From Squalus acanthias (Eukaryota), in contig CM059432.1 in assembly GCA_030390025.1 (NCBI GenBank), positions 47,618,001 through 47,682,000 of the forward strand: a stretch of 64,000 nucleotides of DNA. Reading direction: 5' to 3'. The position numbers and the translations under genes are program-made. How positions within the stretch are numbered: the stretch's first letter is position 1; each line of letters begins with the position of its first letter. The notes beneath the pieces are model-generated. The model was not told the DNA's origin and did no database searches. It was given only the letters and a program-made list of their open reading frames with translations. Shown piece by piece: positions 1 through 12,144 of this stretch.

Positions 1-262
1 AGCTGGAGTTTAGATTTATGCTTGCACCTATTTAACTTCCATACTTCTGTTTAGGTGGAAGTTATCCTCAATAGTACATTCCTATCAGTATTTGGGGGTT
101 GTAGGGGATATCAGCTTTAGTTTGGACACTTCTTGAAGACAGCATTGGGCAGGGGGTTACTTTGGTCTTTCTCCAATGACAGAAAGCCCCAATGTAGGTT
201 AAACTTGTAATATACAAGACATGAATGAAAATAGTGCCCTGAAGCACTGGAGACCTACCTAC

Positions 263-702
263 CTCTGGTACCAAATTACAAAATCTACTATGGAGGGCTG
301 AATTGTTCCAATCTTACTCAAAGTGCATAATTTATTTGATGGAATATAATGGGAAGCATGCCTACAATTTCCTGATATGCACTCCTGGTGAGTGAGGTTC
401 CATGCCAGCAGCATGTATTCATAACATTTATCCCATGGTGCCCCCGAGGGAAAGGAGCCCAAATTTGGACTTCAAACTTTGATTGCCATTGCTCGAGGGC
501 CCATTATCCAATTCCATTACCCACCACTGATATTAGGAAAATAAGAGACCTTAAATCACAAAACAAAGTGGTATCATCATGCTAAAATGCAGTACAACTG
601 TTATTGAAGCAGCAGCCTGGTCTTCAAGGACAAGGTTTAGAGAAGCAAAGTGGACACACACAGGTGTGAACGAGCTTGCTTCCGAAAAGAACTCAGGAGA
701 CC
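263..702 (-). other. candidate exon of an unidentified spliced transcript
   Basis: Minus strand: pyrimidine tract ctttttcctgtccAG acceptor at 703-704; possible donor AG|gtaggt at 262. No recognisable protein. Confidence 0.25.
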
Positions 703-2199
703 CTGGACAGGAAAAAGATCAATTTGGTAAAAAACAGAACAGTGGTTTTAGGTCACAGATGTAATGTTTCAGAATTTACAGATACGCATAGAAGGCTCCC
801 AACATTCCTGTTTAAAAAGAGTATCTGATCACTTCAGTTTGGTGGTGATCTGACTAAAAGTATCCAAAATAATATAGGAATACAGGTTATTGTTCAGAGA
901 CAAACTAATATTGTACAACAATATAAATCACTTTTATTGCACAGGAGAACCACAATTTAAGAAAACTGCACTTCAGTAAACTCAACCCAGCTTTATGTTT
1001 CAGTAGGATAACAGTGCAAATCAGATTAAGATAACTGTGTCCCCTCTAGGCTCCCAAATGAAAAAAGGAAAGATAAACAAGAGTTTCCATACATGCCGAC
1101 CGAGAAAAGTGGCAAAGAGCTTGCCAACAGCTTCAAAAAACTTGAGAGTCTTCAAACAGCTAACATAAGAATGGCTCTGATTATAAGCTTATAACAAGTG
1201 AGAACAAGTAGTTGCATAGGATTTGTAACCTCAGCTATAAGTATACCCAATACTACTTCATTTGTATTGGAGGATATAAAATATTTGTGCAAGAAATCAT
1301 GATGGTAGAAATATAAATGTTGCAGACATAAAATTGGTAGTGGATTTCAATGTGTGGCCGGGGGCGGAGGGGGGAGACAGACACGCCCTTCACAAAAAAT
1401 TTAAATTTTTGCATTAATCACTGTGCATTCTGTTTAATTTTAAGTACTTTTCTACTTCACAATTGATACATTTTTAATCTAAAAAAAGTTAAATTTTGAT
1501 TTCAACAAACCAAGACAGACCTAAAAATTGCCTTAAAATGACCGTAACAATCACTCTTGCACGTTCCCAGGACTTTTACCCCTTTGGACTGAGCTCACAG
1601 AGACACCCAATTACCCACCATTTCACCATCCCACCCAGTTCATACTATCACTCCCATGATTCATCACTCACTCACGTGCAATACACACAATGTATCAGCA
1701 CAGCCAGTGAAACTTTCATCTCAAAGTTCAGGTTCCACTCAGAACGGCAGGTTTATTTGGGGAAATCTACTCAGATGTGCCACCCAGCATCCCGCCACCC
1801 CCCCCCCCCCCCCCCCGCCGCCCCCACTTACCCAGTTCACAATGACAATCTTCCACCCTCCAATTCAAGCTGGTTCTCTTTTCCACTCCAGTTTATGCTG
1901 GCATTCTTTCTCTCTTTCCTCCACCCAGTTCAAATGGGCACTCTCCTTCATCCCACACCCCAAAGCAGCACTCACAGCTTCTCCCCTTATCCCCTCGCAA
2001 AGCACTGCCTCCAGCTTCCCACCTCTTTCTGTTCCATTTCCATCCATTTTCTTCCCTTTTCCTCCCCTCATTCATCGTCATCCATTTTCTCCCTACTTTC
2101 CCATTCACTGCCAACCACTTTTGTGTTAACATCCATCTCCCCCTTCTCTTCCCCTCCATTGCCATCCATTTGCTTCCTTTTCTCACCCCATTTTGCTGC

Positions 2200-2308
2200 T
2201 GCTAATGGAAGTTATTTTGGTCACTGCATATTGTAGACAGGAACTCCTGTCGTCAGCAAAATTCCTGTCTACAGAATGCAGTGCTCAGAACCAGTTCCAT
2301 TCATAGCT
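2200..2308. repeat. imperfect inverted repeat / long hairpin
   Basis: cactgcatattgtagacaggaa ... ttcctgtctacagaatgcagtg near-complementary arms, extended by aatggaa/ttccatt outer pairing. Confidence 0.6.
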
Positions 2309-4790
2309 AGACTCTCAGAGGGGCAACACTGAGGGGAGAGGTGCCCCATCTGCGCAGATTTTTTATCAGTAAATGCTGATAAGTGAACCAGGCCCCAAAA
2401 CACTGATTGGCAATATCATACTTGGAGCAACATTCAATAGAAGACACTCTGCAACATTAAGGGAAAAACACACACTTCTGTAAAAGCTGCTAGCGCTTTT
2501 GTTCAGATTTTGATGGCATAGCTCACTTAAGTCTTATTTAATCACAGAGTAGGTTAAATCAATTTTTAATTAATGCACAAACTGTCAAATTCATAGTCAT
2601 TTACTATGGCAATGCTTCAATTTCTTTTTTACAGAAATTATGGGAGTTACTCATCATCAACAGAACAGCATGTGATTTTAAGTATAGCAATGCAAAGCCA
2701 AAAGCTTAGATGTGATCATGTTTAGACTCGTTTACAAAACAAAAGCTATTTTATGATAGCATCGCCGAGACTAAAGTGTTTCTAGTTTTTGATATGGTAG
2801 ATAGCCAAGTAATTTTTATAATTGCTTTAATAACTAACATAAGATCAGTCTTTTTTTTTTAAAAGAGGGCAGGTAGTTAAAAAACCTAACCTTCAATATA
2901 TTATTTATTCCCTTATTTTATGACTGTAATTAGGTTGAAGTCTAGTAAGTCAGAAGAATGGGGAGGGCAGTGGGTTAGCACACATTATCATCCCTGAAAC
3001 TCAGTTCAAATTCATCCTCAGCATATCATGGGATGAAACTACTTGTTGTAAGAGTGTTAAGCAAAATGAGATGGGGCAGTCTTAACCCAATTCCAAATGG
3101 GCAAAGGCATGTTTTGTGATGGGACCACAATTTAGTACAATTTGTGTGGGAACTAGAAAAGTTACAATAGTGAAGTAGGCATGCTATTAAATTGGAATTA
3201 AGGCACATCATTAAAACAGAGGGCAGATTATTCAAGCATTTGGCTGTGCTAATACCTTACTTTTGAATGCTTGATGTTAAACTTAGAGCACAAAAGTGGG
3301 GGAAAGAAGGAAAGAAGTTAAAATCTCAGCAATAATATCCCAACTTTAATGAGCACACCAAAAAAAAAATCACCAATTTAAAAATATAAAGAAAATAAAA
3401 GGGAAAAGTCCTGAAAGCCACACTCGTGCACATGTCATTTACCTAAATTTTTAGAGGTCATAAAACATGCAGAAAATTGTGATTGTCCAACTGACCTTTT
3501 CCTGATATGAAAAACATCAAAAATAAAGTTTTTAAAAGTTAGTCAAAGCTGACAGTAGTCTTCGGCTCAGTCAAATTCAGACTGAGTGCTTTGAAGTAAT
3601 GCTGCCAATCAATTCCAACTTGGATATATCATAATCCTACAATCATTTTTATAGTTTTGTATTACAGTAGTACTAATATTTGAGAGTATGCATTTACACA
3701 ATTACAAGTTTAGTGTCTAGTAGGCATCTGTCATGTCATACATCAGCAAAAATTAGTGACTGGCTAAACTGAGTAAGTAGGAAAAAACTAAGCAAGCAAA
3801 TCAGTTTTTTCCACTCAAATCTACCATTCACTAAGCTGCACGTACCACAAAACAGATCAATTTGCTCAAATAATATCTTCAGTTTTTATCGGGTACTTTT
3901 CTTTTTCACTCACGTGAGTCTATATGGCTGGATATAACATAACACATAAAAATTACATATATAAAAAAAAATGTTGCAAATATTGTCACTGATTAATTAA
4001 TGATCAAAACTCCAACAAAAAGTTCCCCCAAATAGATGTGCCTTTCTGAGTGGAACTTTAGCTTGGAAATTAAAATTTCACCTGGGCCTGCTGATAAATT
4101 ACACGCGTGTGCGTGAATGATGCATCATTGGTGGGCTTTTCAGACTATTGCTGTGGAACTGTAATATCCATAGGGTGCCAGGACAACCCATGCCATATGA
4201 CAACCAGGTAGTAAGGACCAAAGAGTTCCAGCTGTGTGGGGAAATTCTGAGAGAGCCTGCAGTGGGACTATAGAAAGTGTCAAAAACTGTGCAACTGGTC
4301 CCAGACTACCCATGAACGTTGCATTGGGAGATCTATTAGGTTATATTTAAAAGTCTTGCATTTAGTGTGCATTTGTTACACTTCATTACAGATGCAAAGA
4401 ATTTTTTTTTAAAGAAAGGAAGCCAAACATTTCATGCTAATTTTTTTCCCTGACCTAGTCCCAGATATTTAGAAGCAGTTACAATTTTCCTTTTACTGAC
4501 CCTAGGAAATTACAACAAATCACTGTTTTAGACCTATTTAGACTACGTCCCACAGGGAGTACTTGGAACAGTGGTTTTCAAGAATTAAACATCACAACTG
4601 TGCTTGCGATTCAAGACCATCCTTGAGCAGTGCCACAGGAGAATCTCTAGTATCGAACACTATTACTGATCTTATTTTCTCAGGTTAAAACTTTAATTCA
4701 CCAACAATTACAGAACTGGTTTATTTCTTTCTAAGAAGTTCTTATGTAGTTTTAAGCAAAGTATCTTGGAAAGAAGAAAAAATAACATAC

Positions 4791-4869
4791 CAGTTACATG
4801 CAACTGTGATCTTCCATTTTGATTGTTACTTGAACAGGTTGTGGCCATGTCACAGGCTGCAATGTTTGC
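4791..4869 (-). other. candidate exon (79 nt)
   Basis: Minus strand ttttccttctttgtAG|GCAAAC...AACTG|gtatgt; open frame ANIAACDMATTCSSNNQNGRSQLHVT, not recognised. Confidence 0.4.
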
Positions 4870-4931
4870 CTACAAAGAAGGAAAATTAAACATTAAAAGT
4901 AGTCAAATATCCACATAATTATCTAAATTAG

Positions 4932-5700
4932 TGGCCCAAAAATTAGACCTAATACGCGAGAGTACGCACTGTGTACTCTCGCGTATTAGGTCTCCAATTG
5001 CCGGTTTCCTGCATGCACTGCGCATGCGCGGGAAACCGGCACTTCGTGAATTCAAAAGGGGGCGGTTCCTAAGTGAACCGCGTGCGCGCTACAGGCTGTG
5101 CGCACGCAGTGCACTTAGTTATTTTTTCAGCTTTGAACGCGCAGGTAAGTGGTGAACATTTTACACATAAAGAAAGCAGGCGTAGGACCCCCTTTTTACA
5201 AGGTAAGTAGTTAATTAAGTGTTATTTTAAATTTTTTTCAACAGGTTTATCTTTTTTTTTTTAGAGACTTTAAAGAAAGGTAAGTTTATTTTTATAACTT
5301 TTAAAAAGATTTTAAATTTTTTCAAAAATGTAATTTTTTGTTTAAAGTGGTTAATTTATTTAACTATACTTATTTTATTAATGTGATGGCTTTTTTTTAT
5401 TTAATTGAGGTTTAGCTGTTCTTTAGGGGGGGTATAGTATTCATAGCTTTGACAGGTCTTCCTGTCAAAACTATGAATGAAAGATGGTGTGCTGCCATTG
5501 GCTCTAACTGAATCACGTGATCCCAGAGCTCGCACGAACTAATTGCGTCTCTGGGTCACGCAAGCACTGCACGGTTCCAAGAGAGAGAGCCTTTCAGACT
5601 AAAGTTCGTGGGGGCCCGGAGCAAAAAGGTAGGCGCGGAGTGCGATATCGCGGGGATTCCTTACCCCCGCGGGAACCCTCACTGTTTAATTTCTGGGCCA
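4932..5700. mobile_element. non-autonomous DNA transposon (MITE, probably Harbinger-type) with internal hairpins
   Basis: Terminal inverted repeats tggcccaaaaatt / aatttctgggcca; CpG-rich ends, AT-rich core; perfect 21-bp hairpin 4945-4993, further hairpins 5000-5040 and 5439-5478; no coding capacity. Confidence 0.65.
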
Positions 5701-5780
5701 TTATATCTATGGAGTCAATTATTGCCTTTCTCAAAGCATTTTTCCTTCCTGCCCACTTAGAATAAATTATAAAACAGTGA

Positions 5781-6134
5781 AAGACTTATTTATATAGCGC
5801 CTTTCACGAGTTCAGGACGTCCCAAAGCGCTTTACAGCCAATGAAGCACTTTTGAAGTGTAGTCACTGTTATAAAGTAGGAAACGCGGCAGCCAATTTGC
5901 ACACAGCACAGCAAACTCCCACAAACAGCAATGTGATAATGACCAGATAATCTGTTTTAGTGATATCGACTGAGGGATAAATATTGGTCAGGACCAATGT
6001 TCCCTTTAAGTTGCGCGACCGCACAGCTCTCGGGACCTCCTGCGCAGCTAGCTGTTAAAGGGGCCGTGCACCCAAAAAATAAATTAACGGGAACATTGGT
6101 CAGCACACCAGGAATAACCAGATAATCTGTTTTA
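5781..6134 (-). mobile_element. Deu-domain SINE (SacSINE1/AmnSINE-like) 3' part
   Basis: Reverse complement of ...gctgtttgtgggag...caaattggctgccgcgtttcctac...cattggctgtaaagcgctttgggacgtcc...aaaggcgctatataaat; matches the plus-strand copy at 6748-7160. Confidence 0.75.
5995..6098. mobile_element. 104-bp hAT-type MITE inserted in the SINE
   Basis: TIRs caatgttccc / gggaacattg; 8-bp target duplication gtcaggac (5987-5994) / gtcagcac (6099-6106), one mismatch. Confidence 0.75.
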
Positions 6135-6369
6135 GGAAAGCAACTTCTAATTTAAAACGGTTTATATAATGTTCATAAAGCATTAACCTCTTCTGCACAC
6201 CCCACCACCACAGTATTGTTTGTGCACTTGTGAAAATAATTGTAACCAGTTCCTAACTCATGTTGTAGTTATTTTGTTAGAAACCAACATTTTTGCATAA
6301 CCAGATCACAATCAAAGTACAAACTGACTGCAGATCAGTTGCTGCAAATAACCAGAAATGTCACTGTTT

Positions 6370-6745
6370 AACGTATAAAATTCTGACAGGGCTAGACAGA
6401 CTGGATGCAGGGAGGATGTTTCCCCTGACTGGGGGGTCTAGAACGAGGGGTCACAGTCTCAGGATATGGGGTAGGACATTTAGGACTGAGATGAGGAGAA
6501 ATTTCTTCACTCAGAGGGTGGTGAACCTGTGGAATTCTCTACCACAGAAGGCTGTGGAGGCCAAGTCACTGAATATATTTAAGGAGGAGATGGATAGATT
6601 GCTAGACACAAAAGGCATCAAGGGGTATGGGGAAGAGTGTGGGAATATGGTATTGAGATAGAGGATCAGCCATGATCATACTGAATGGCGGAGCAGGCTC
6701 GAATGGCCTACTCCTGCTCCTATTTTTCTATGTTTTCTATGTTTT
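6370..6745 (+). mobile_element. CR1 LINE 3' fragment
   Basis: YKILTGLDRLDAGRMFPL...TRGHSLRI...RRNFFTQRVVNLWNSLP (CR1 ORF2 C-terminus), 3'UTR and ttctatgt terminal repeats. Confidence 0.9.
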
Positions 6746-6747
6746 TA

Positions 6748-7160
6748 ACAGAAGGTTGTGGGTTCAAGTCCCACTCCAGAGACTTTGAGCACAAAAATCT
6801 AGGCTGACACTCCAGTGCAGTACTGAAGGAGTGCTGCACTATCAGAGGTGCCATCTTTTGGATGAAACATAAACCGAGGCCCCGTCTGCTGTCTCAGAGG
6901 GACATAAAAGATACCATGGCACTATTTTGAAGAGCAGGTGTCCTGGACAATATTTATCCCTCAATCAACATCACTAAAACAGATTATCTGGTCAATCATC
7001 ACATTGCTGTTTGTGGGAGCTTTCTGTGCGCAAATTGGCTGCCACATTTCCTACATTACAACAGTGACTACACTGCAAAGGTACTTCATTGGCTGTAAAG
7101 CACTTCGGGACATCCTGAGGTCGTGAAAGGCCCTATTTAAATAAAGGGCTTTCTTTCTTT
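6748..7160 (+). mobile_element. near full-length tRNA-derived Deu-domain SINE
   Basis: Pol III B-box ggttcaagtcc near the 5' end, Deu-like core, L2-like tail ending in ctttctttc. Confidence 0.75.
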
Positions 7161-8058
7161 CATTGCTTTATTTATTCTAAGGTGGCTAAATAAGCTTGAT
7201 TCCATAAGATTACTGGTAATGTGGCTTATCCTTTTCAAATTTGGTTGGGAATTCGGGGATATAGATTCCTCAAATTGAACTCTTAATTTAGAATAACTAA
7301 AAAGAAAGTTCAGGCTGCAGAAAAAATTGCATTTAATACACATTTCTCCAATATTTAGTCCGCAGCAGTAATTCATTTTTAGAATTTATTTGCACCATAT
7401 ATTACCATTTTGGAGAGATTATTGCCAGGTTTTTATACTGGATAATGTCTGAACAGCAGCTACTGCTTACGTATTTAAAACTGGATAATTTCTTTTAAAA
7501 AATGCAAGCCACTGTATTCCCCTGTATCAGTCCACAAAATAAATCCTCCTAATGTGTAATGTGGCATATAAGTGCAAGATTGAATGCCTGTTGCTGTCTG
7601 CCATAATACCCCCACTACCCAGAAAGCCCTGAAGACATTTAAGCTTACCACATGGCAATATAAGCCATTGCTATATTGCTACATATTGTGCAATACTAGA
7701 ATACGTACCATGGCAGTAACTCACATATCATGTTAATATAACAGGTAAGCTCAGAGAGCTTTATAATACGATGCAGATTCTAACACAGAATTTTCTTATC
7801 CCAATGTTAAAACAGAAGTTCTTTCTGAAACCTCCATATATAGATATATCTAACACACAAATAAATATAATACACACGCACACAAATTACATTCATATTT
7901 TTACTTTCACTATGTATTTCTGCCAAAAAGCAAGCAACCTAACATCTCTGTGAAGCAGACAGTACCTGCTACAAGATCATGTCAATGATGTTCAAACATA
8001 CTTCTATTTTTCAGTTCATATTCAAATCTACTTCCAAGTCCCTAAAGATTATACTTAC

Positions 8059-8295
8059 ATTTGTGTACATTACATGCACTGAGAGTGGGCCATAATGTTT
8101 CAAATCATTCCATTTACTGCATAAAGGTGTTTACATATTTTTTAAGGAAGCTTCTTGCTAAGTTTGTACTTATAAAGTACTGTTTGTTTCACTCTTTGGT
8201 ACTTATAAAAGAGCCAACAGAAAACATGGGCACAGCTTTTCCATGGATCCTGTGGAAACTGATAGTCATCGTCCCTGCAGAATTCACATAAACAG
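8059..8295 (-). other. candidate exon (237 nt)
   Basis: Minus strand ttcttttcacAG|CTGTTT...CAAAT|gtaagt. Longest frame CLCEFCRDDDYQFPQDPWKSCAHVFCWLFYKYQRVKQTVLYKYKLSKKLP ends at a stop inside the exon. Confidence 0.35.
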
Positions 8296-8494
8296 CTGTG
8301 AAAAGAATGTTAAAAACAAAGACAAGACCCACTGCAATAAATTACTGACTCTGCATTTACAACTGATCCTGCTGCACTGAAAGTGCCAACATCCCCAACC
8401 ACACAATGTCTGCCTGTATAATTTAACAGTTGTCATTTTGCTCCATTCAGTGTTATAATTTAAGGTTTTGCAAATTATCAGGAGGATTTTTAAA

Positions 8495-8950
8495 AATTTG
8501 TTCTCGGAATACGGGCAACGCTAGTGAGGCCACATTTACTGCCCAGCCCTAATTGCCTGAGAAGGTAATGGTGCTCCTACAATGGTGTTAGGTATGTAAT
8601 TCCGAGTTACTGATCCAGTAACGATGAAGGAATCGGGATATATGTACAAGTCAGGACAGTGTGTGACTTGGAGGGGAATCTGCAGGTGGTGTTTCTATGA
8701 CATGATTGTTCTTGTCCTCTATGGTAGAGGTAACAGGAGAGGGAGATGCTGTCGAAGTAACCTTGATTAGTTGCTGCAGTGCATCCTGTAGATTGTACAT
8801 ACTGTAGCCACAGTATGCCAGTGATGGGGGGAGGGGGCTAGATATCGAGTTCAGTAGTAGGAGTGCTGATCAAGTAAACTGCTCTATCCTGGATGGCATC
8901 AAGCCTCGAGTGTTGCGGCTGCACCCCTCGAGTCAAGTGATGTATTCCAC
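8495..8950 (-). mobile_element. old 3' fragment of the same LINE family as 25640-27784
   Basis: Diverged reverse complement of the ...caccttctcaagggcaattagggatgggcaataaatg... tail and upstream ORF2 remnants. Confidence 0.55.
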
Positions 8951-9744
8951 AAGACATGCTATTTTGTAACGATAGGAGGGTTATACCATGTAATGCACAA
9001 TGTATCACGACAGTTGATATTTTGTAACATTGCTCACAACAAAAACAATTATCTCCCTTCCTGTAATTGTCTCTAAATCATTCACATTTGTATTCTGTCT
9101 ATTGTTCTTTTTCTCTTCTACCCCTTCCCTATCTATACGGCTGTCCCACATTTTTCAGATTATGTTGTGGCACTCTATCCATTTTTTTCATTGTTCCTAT
9201 TTCACTCTTTCTGAAAGTGTCTCCTCACTTTTTTATGTCTCCAATGTCTCTACACATTCCTTTACTAATGCGCTGATTATCTATTTTTATCTTTTTAAAA
9301 GGTGTAGAGCATTCATTAAGATGGAAGGCAACATATACTATGTTGGAAGTGAGGTAGAAAGGTTTTTGGAAAGGTGCTGCAACAAGGGTGTTTGAGAGTG
9401 AAATTAGGCTCACATTCAGCCAAGAGGGATGGATGAGGGGGTGTTTGCGTCCAGAAGGAAGCAAGGGTTTAAGTTTGGAGCATGAAAGGGAGCAAGTGAA
9501 GGAAGTCTGAAGGTGTGAGGGTGAAAGTGTATGAGTATTTGAGTCTAGGAATCCTTAATGAGATTGTAGACTGAAAGTTGCTGGGACTGTGGCAGAACTT
9601 AATGTAGCAACCAGTGAATGAGATTCTTAATGTAAAGGCTGCAAATTTCACACAATCCTGTTGGCAGAACGGATGGCTAAAACAGTCAATGTGTATAGGA
9701 GCAGGGTGAACTGTGAGGCTTGGGTGCACTGGCAGTACTGTGGG

Positions 9745-9847
9745 GGGGGTGGTATGTGAGAAGTATACGGGGGGTGGGGGGGTGGTATGTGAGAAGTATA
9801 CGGGGGGTGGTATGTGAGAAGTATACGGGGGGTGGGGGTGGGGGGGG
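9745..9847. repeat. G-rich minisatellite, 3 copies of ggtggtatgtgagaagtatacgggggg
   Basis: Direct reading of tandem units. Confidence 0.85.
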
Positions 9848-10346
9848 GAAAGAGAGACTCAGGTCGGTGGTATGAGAGAGCAGAAGGTGCCAGGGTCTAT
9901 GACAAGTCAGAGAGGAGTTGAGGTGCTTGGATGTGCAAGTATTTGGGGTAGGTGCACTGAAGGGGAAACTGGGTTGAAGAAGCACTTGGGGAGGTAGGAG
10001 CGGGAAGCACTGAAGTGGAAAATAGGAACTGGAGGCATATGAAGTGATCTAGAAGCATGTGGAGGCCGGGGGGGGAGGAGAGGTGAGGGGGGCAGAGACA
10101 GAGTGGAAGATTGTTGTTGGGATCACTGTGGCGGGATATCAGGGCTGGGAAGCATTAGAGTGTGGGACTGGGAGTAGTCCCGCACAGAGGTCAGGACCAG
10201 CAAGACCAAAGAATAGAGAATGCAGGCATCAGGAGCAAAATGGAGGTGCCTTGCTGGAACATGGCAGAGTTGATGCTGAGAAGTGTTGAGCAGCAGATAA
10301 GGAAAGGCGCAGAGAAGGCACAGCTGAAGAGCCCGTAAAAATGTTT

Positions 10347-10545
10347 ACATAAGAAATAGGAGCAGGAGTAGGCCATTCGGCCCCTCGAGCCTGCCCCGCC
10401 ATTCAATAAGATCATTGCCTTAATACCACTTTCCCACCCGCTCCCCATAACCCTTGACTCCCCTGTAGCTCAAATATATGTCTATCTTTGCCTTGAATAC
10501 ATTCAATGACTCCGCCTCCACAGCTCTCTCGGGTAGAGAATGCCA
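10347..10545 (-). mobile_element. CR1 3' terminal fragment
   Basis: acataagaaataggagcaggagtaggccattcggcccctcgagcctgc = reverse complement of the CR1 3'UTR seen elsewhere in the window. Confidence 0.85.
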
Positions 10546-10959
10546 GTTTAACCAGATAATAGGCGCACACAATTAAAGTGCGCCCATTGCATCTCTTGGG
10601 AGGTCTGGAGGAAGCAAGTAGGATGAGAAGTACTCCAACTGGACGGTTGGAAGAATAAACAGGTGAGAGGGAACTTGCTGTGTTCGGTTCCCCTACTGTA
10701 TTTGCTAACTACAGATGTGATGCTTTGAGCTGTGAACAAACCTGGATAGGTCAGCGAAGGCCACTGAAGCCAGCAGAGAAATCAGGTCGCGTCTTGGGCC
10801 AGGGGTGTTGAAGCAAACACAGGAAATGGGTCACTGAGACATCAGTAAAAATTATAAAGTTAACGTGAAAGGCGGACGGGCTTGCCATGATGAGCATGGA
10901 CTGTAGTCAATCAAGGGGGAATTAGAGTAACAACAGAAAAAAAAGTAACAAAATTTAAT

Positions 10960-11850
10960 CCAACAACTTGTATTTATATAGCGCCTTTAACGTATTAAAA
11001 CGTCCCAAGGCGCTTCACAGGAGTGTTATAAGTCAAAAAATTGACACCGAGCCACATAAGAAATTAGGGCAGAAAAGAGGTAGGTTTTAAGGAGAATCTT
11101 AAACGAGAAAGCGAGGTAGAGAGCCGGAGAGGTTCAGGGAGGGAGTCCCAGAGCTTAGGGCCCAGGCAGTTGAAGGCACGGCCACCAATGGTTGAGCGAT
11201 TATAATCAGGGATGCTCATGAGGGCAGAATTTGAGGAGCGCAGATATCTCTGGGGGTTGTGGGGCTGAAGGAGATTACAGAGATAGGAAGGGGCGAGGCC
11301 ATGGAGGGATTTGAAAACAAGGATGAGAATTTTGAAATTGAGGCGTTGTTTAACCGGGAGCCAATGTAGGTCAGCGAGCAAAGGGGTGATGGGTGAACGG
11401 GACTTGGTGCGAGTTAGGACACGGGCAGCCAAGTTTTGGATCACCTCAAGTTTAAGTAGGGTAGAATGTGGGAGGCCAATCAGGAGTGTGTTGGAATAGT
11501 CAAGTCTAGAGGTAACAAAGGTATGAATTAGGGTTTCAGCAGCAGGTGAGCTGAGGCAAGGGCGGAGACGGGCAGTGTTATGGAGGTGGAAATTGGCGGT
11601 CTTAGTTACGCCGCAGATATGTGGTCGGAAGCTCATTTCAGGGTCAAATATGACACCAAGGTTGCGAACAGTCTGGTTCAGCCTCAGACAGATGCTAGGG
11701 AGAGGGATGGAGTTGGTGGCTAGGATCGGAGTTTGTGGCGGGGCCCAAAGACAATGGCTTCGGTCTTCCCAATATTTAATTGGAGGAAATTTTTGCTCAT
11801 CTAGAATTGGATGTCGGATAAGCAGTCTGACAATTTAGAGACCGTGGAGG
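10960..11850 (-). mobile_element. L2 LINE 3' fragment
   Basis: ORF 11064-11636 AETLIHTFVTSRLDYSN...HWLPVKQR...GGRAF (L2 RT C-terminus); tail aaaggcgctatataaatacaagttg. Confidence 0.85.
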
Positions 11851-12111
11851 TAATGCAGTAATTCAAGATCCAGCCAAGTGTTCTGACACAGGAGTAGACT
11901 TTTGCAAGCAAAGTCCAGTCAACTCTGAGTAAGAATCACTATTTAATTGTGAATGCATTTTTATAAGATTCTTAGGTTATAAAAGTTAATTACATTTATA
12001 AATTTTCAACTAGCTGAAAAATCAAGGTGACAGCTCAAACAAAATTCATGTATTTATCTGAACAGTCTGATTGGTCAGTGTGTGCTACTTGCCAGTTTAG
12101 AACTGCCAACT

Positions 12112-12144
<33 letters not shown>

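Noticed and set aside
1496..2236. 246-aa Pro/Ser/Phe-rich ORF and overlapping ORFs
   Set aside because: Arises from pyrimidine-rich low-complexity DNA and a poly-C run; no domain or splice support.
6748..6790. tRNA gene suggested by B-box ggttcaagtcc
   Set aside because: It is the tRNA-derived head of a SINE; no complete cloverleaf.
12115..12143. Long poly-G run (also 48616-48649; poly-C at ~1798-1816 and 42741-42760)
   Set aside because: Simple homopolymers whose lengths may be sequencing-dependent; the poly-Gly/Pro translations are not meaningful.
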